NCBI GenBank assembly: GCA_046091195.1
Contig: JBJTBD010000054.1
Location: 1 to 53,485, forward strand
Source of the DNA: Actinomycetota bacterium
GTDB taxonomy: Bacteria; Actinomycetota; Actinomycetes; S36-B12
Direction of reading: 5' to 3'
DNA: 53,485 bases
The notes under the pieces are model-generated. The model was not told where the DNA came from. It saw nothing but the letters and a program-made list of their open reading frames with translations, and did not search any database. Below are positions 51,789 to 53,485 of the stretch, piece after piece (within the stretch, counting starts at the first letter, position 1; every line of letters starts with the position of its first letter). The position numbers and the translations under genes are program-made.

Positions 51789-52585
51789 CGACGAAGCGCC
51801 CCGCATTCCTGATGATCCCCGGCATCATCGCCATCGCATTCCTGGTGATTCCCCTGCTCGCCCTGATCTCCGATGCGCCGTGGTCCGCGTTCCCCGGAAT
51901 CCTGTCCTCGCCCACGGCACTCGAAGCACTGCGGCTCTCCCTCATCACATCCGTGCTCGCCACGATCGTTGCGACCCTCGTCGGCGCACCGCTCGCGTGG
52001 CTGCTGGCACGGGACTCCCTCCCCGGAACCCGGCTCATCCGCGCACTCGTGATCGTCCCGCTGCTGCTTCCGCCCGTGGTGTCCGGAGTGGCCTTGCTCA
52101 GCGCCTTCGGGCGACGCGGCCTCATCGGCGGATCTATCTACGACGCAACAGGGTGGCAATTCCCGTTCAGCACCGCCGGCGTCGTGCTCGCCGGAACCTT
52201 CGTTGCAATGCCCTTCCTAGTCATCACCCTCGAGGGTGCCTTCCGCTCGCAGGACCGGGAGATCGAGGAGGCCGCCGCCGTCGATGGCGCGACACCACGC
52301 ATGATCTTCCTGCGCATCACGCTGCCGCTGGTGTTGCCCGCGCTTCTCGCGGGGATCACCTTGACCTGGGCTCGGGCGATCGGGGAGTTCGGAGCCACGA
52401 TCACCTTCGCGGGCAACCTGGAAGGGACCACCCAGACCATGCCCCTTGCGGTGTACACGGCTCTCGAATCCGATCGTGACTCCGCGGTCGCGCTGAGCAT
52501 CATGTTGCTCGTCGTAGCCGTGGCGATTCTCGTATCCCTGCGCGGCTACTACCTACCCACCCGCACCGACCGCACGACGCGCTAA
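51785..52585 (+). CDS. modB: Molybdate ABC transporter permease
   Basis: PL.LPPVV.G, EAA loop, [21 protein letters not shown]. Confidence 0.92.
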   Translation: MTTKRPAFLMIPGIIAIAFLVIPLLALISDAPWSAFPGILSSPTALEALRLSLITSVLATIVATLVGAPLAWLLARDSLPGTRLIRALVIVPLLLPPVVSGVALLSAFGRRGLIGGSIYDATGWQFPFSTAGVVLAGTFVAMPFLVITLEGAFRSQDREIEEAAAVDGATPRMIFLRITLPLVLPALLAGITLTWARAIGEFGATITFAGNLEGTTQTMPLAVYTALESDRDSAVALSIMLLVVAVAILVSLRGYYLPTRTDRTTR

Positions 52586-52601
52586 CGCCTACCCTGCCCG
52601 C

Positions 52602-53285
52602 GTGGCCGCAACCTTTGAAGACCTCGTCGACCCGAGTTGGCTACCGGCGCTCGCACCGCATCAGGACACTCTCACCAGGATCGGGGAATTCCTCCGCACG
52701 GAAAACGCCGCTCAGCGGCCGTGGGCGCCGTCGGGAGCGAACATCCTGCGCGCATTCACCCAACCCCTCGACGACGTACGCGTGCTCATCGTCGGCCAGG
52801 ATCCGTACCCCACCCCCGGCCACGCCGTGGGACTGTCCTTCTCGGTGGCCCCGAATGTTCGTCCCATTCCGCGCAGCCTGTCCAACATCTATCGCGAGCT
52901 CATCGACGACCTCGGGGTCCACATGCCGCCGAATGGCGATCTCACCCCGTGGGCGGACCGGGGAGTCCTGCTCCTCAATCGGGTTCTCACCGTGCAGCTC
53001 GGTCAACCCGGGAGTCACCGAGGTCAGGGGTGGGAGCAGATCACCCAGGTGGCCATCACGGCCCTCGCTGATCGGGCCAATCAGCCGCTCGTTGCAATCC
53101 TCTGGGGCAAGGACGCTCAGACAGCCACCGAGTTCCTGCCGGATGTTCCGATCATCAGTAGCGCGCACCCCAGCCCGATGTCTGCTGACCGAGGGTTCTT
53201 CGGTTCGCGGCCGTTCAGCCGGGCGAGTGAAATTCTCGAGGAGATCGGTGGAGTGCCGATCGACTGGTCGCTCACGAAAGCTTGA
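52602..53285 (+). CDS. ung: Uracil-DNA glycosylase
   Basis: GQDPY, GLSFS, GVLLLN, HPSP.S. Confidence 0.95.
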   Translation: MAATFEDLVDPSWLPALAPHQDTLTRIGEFLRTENAAQRPWAPSGANILRAFTQPLDDVRVLIVGQDPYPTPGHAVGLSFSVAPNVRPIPRSLSNIYRELIDDLGVHMPPNGDLTPWADRGVLLLNRVLTVQLGQPGSHRGQGWEQITQVAITALADRANQPLVAILWGKDAQTATEFLPDVPIISSAHPSPMSADRGFFGSRPFSRASEILEEIGGVPIDWSLTKA

Positions 53286-53299
53286 GACGATGCACGCGC

Positions 53300-53485
53300 C
53301 TAGATGGTGAGCAACTCACAGGGGACACCCACGTCGGCAGCCACCTGAGCTGCACCCTTATCGAAGGTGACGAGCCCGGATCCTGATGACCTCGCGATCA
53401 GCGTCAAATGAAGATCTGTGACGAGTGAACTCCCAACAATCGACTTGGCAATGATGTCGAAATCACGGGCAAGACTGATGGAGTC
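53300..53485 (-). CDS. C-terminal part of a PIN-domain (VapC-like) protein, 5' end outside the window
   Basis: Not in the ORF track. Hand translation: DSISLARDFDIIAKSIVGSSLVTDLHLTLIARSSGSGLVTFDKGAAQVAADVGVPCELLTI*, with the PIN pattern TD.HL..IA......LVTFD. Confidence 0.72.
   Translation of the reverse strand, partial: DSISLARDFDIIAKSIVGSSLVTDLHLTLIARSSGSGLVTFDKGAAQVAADVGVPCELLTI

Overview
This is a high-GC, tightly packed Actinomycetota chromosome segment; the lineage is inferred from gene order and it may come from a streamlined environmental genome or MAG. Most of it is conserved actinobacterial backbone: tadB-cpaF, TetR/DUF3107/ferritin-like/DEAD helicase, mgtE-N/DUF1003/mrp/tatB/htrA, dapE/dapD/gltA/dapC/fdxA, cysS, vanW, mshB, typA, ychF, ispH, xseAB, glpX, fumarase, phoH2, uppS, SPFH/nfeD, modE-like/modAB and ung. 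I saw no rRNA, tRNA, CRISPR array or transposase. The standout is a two-gene cassette at 7817-9258 that looks like a split borosin RiPP system. It encodes an OphMA/SonM-type backbone alpha-N-methyltransferase and a 204-aa precursor. The precursor has an unusual layout: a borosin-binding (LigA-like) helical domain, a second NHLP-like leader, a 40-aa Asp/Val/Ile alternating core with a duplicated DIDIDDVVD, and a Trp/Arg-rich tail. Divergent from the cassette is a 6-TM K+-channel-like protein whose TVGYG selectivity filter is entirely replaced. Other observations: pervasive leaderless promoter architecture including an overlapping bidirectional dapE/dapD promoter, a probable CUG start for the DEAD helicase, no sigE-rseA and no modC at their usual positions, an in-frame stop in fumarase (probably a consensus error), a 5'-truncated amidohydrolase, and a partial VapC at the right edge. 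Family assignments come from recognising motifs by eye; no database searches were run.
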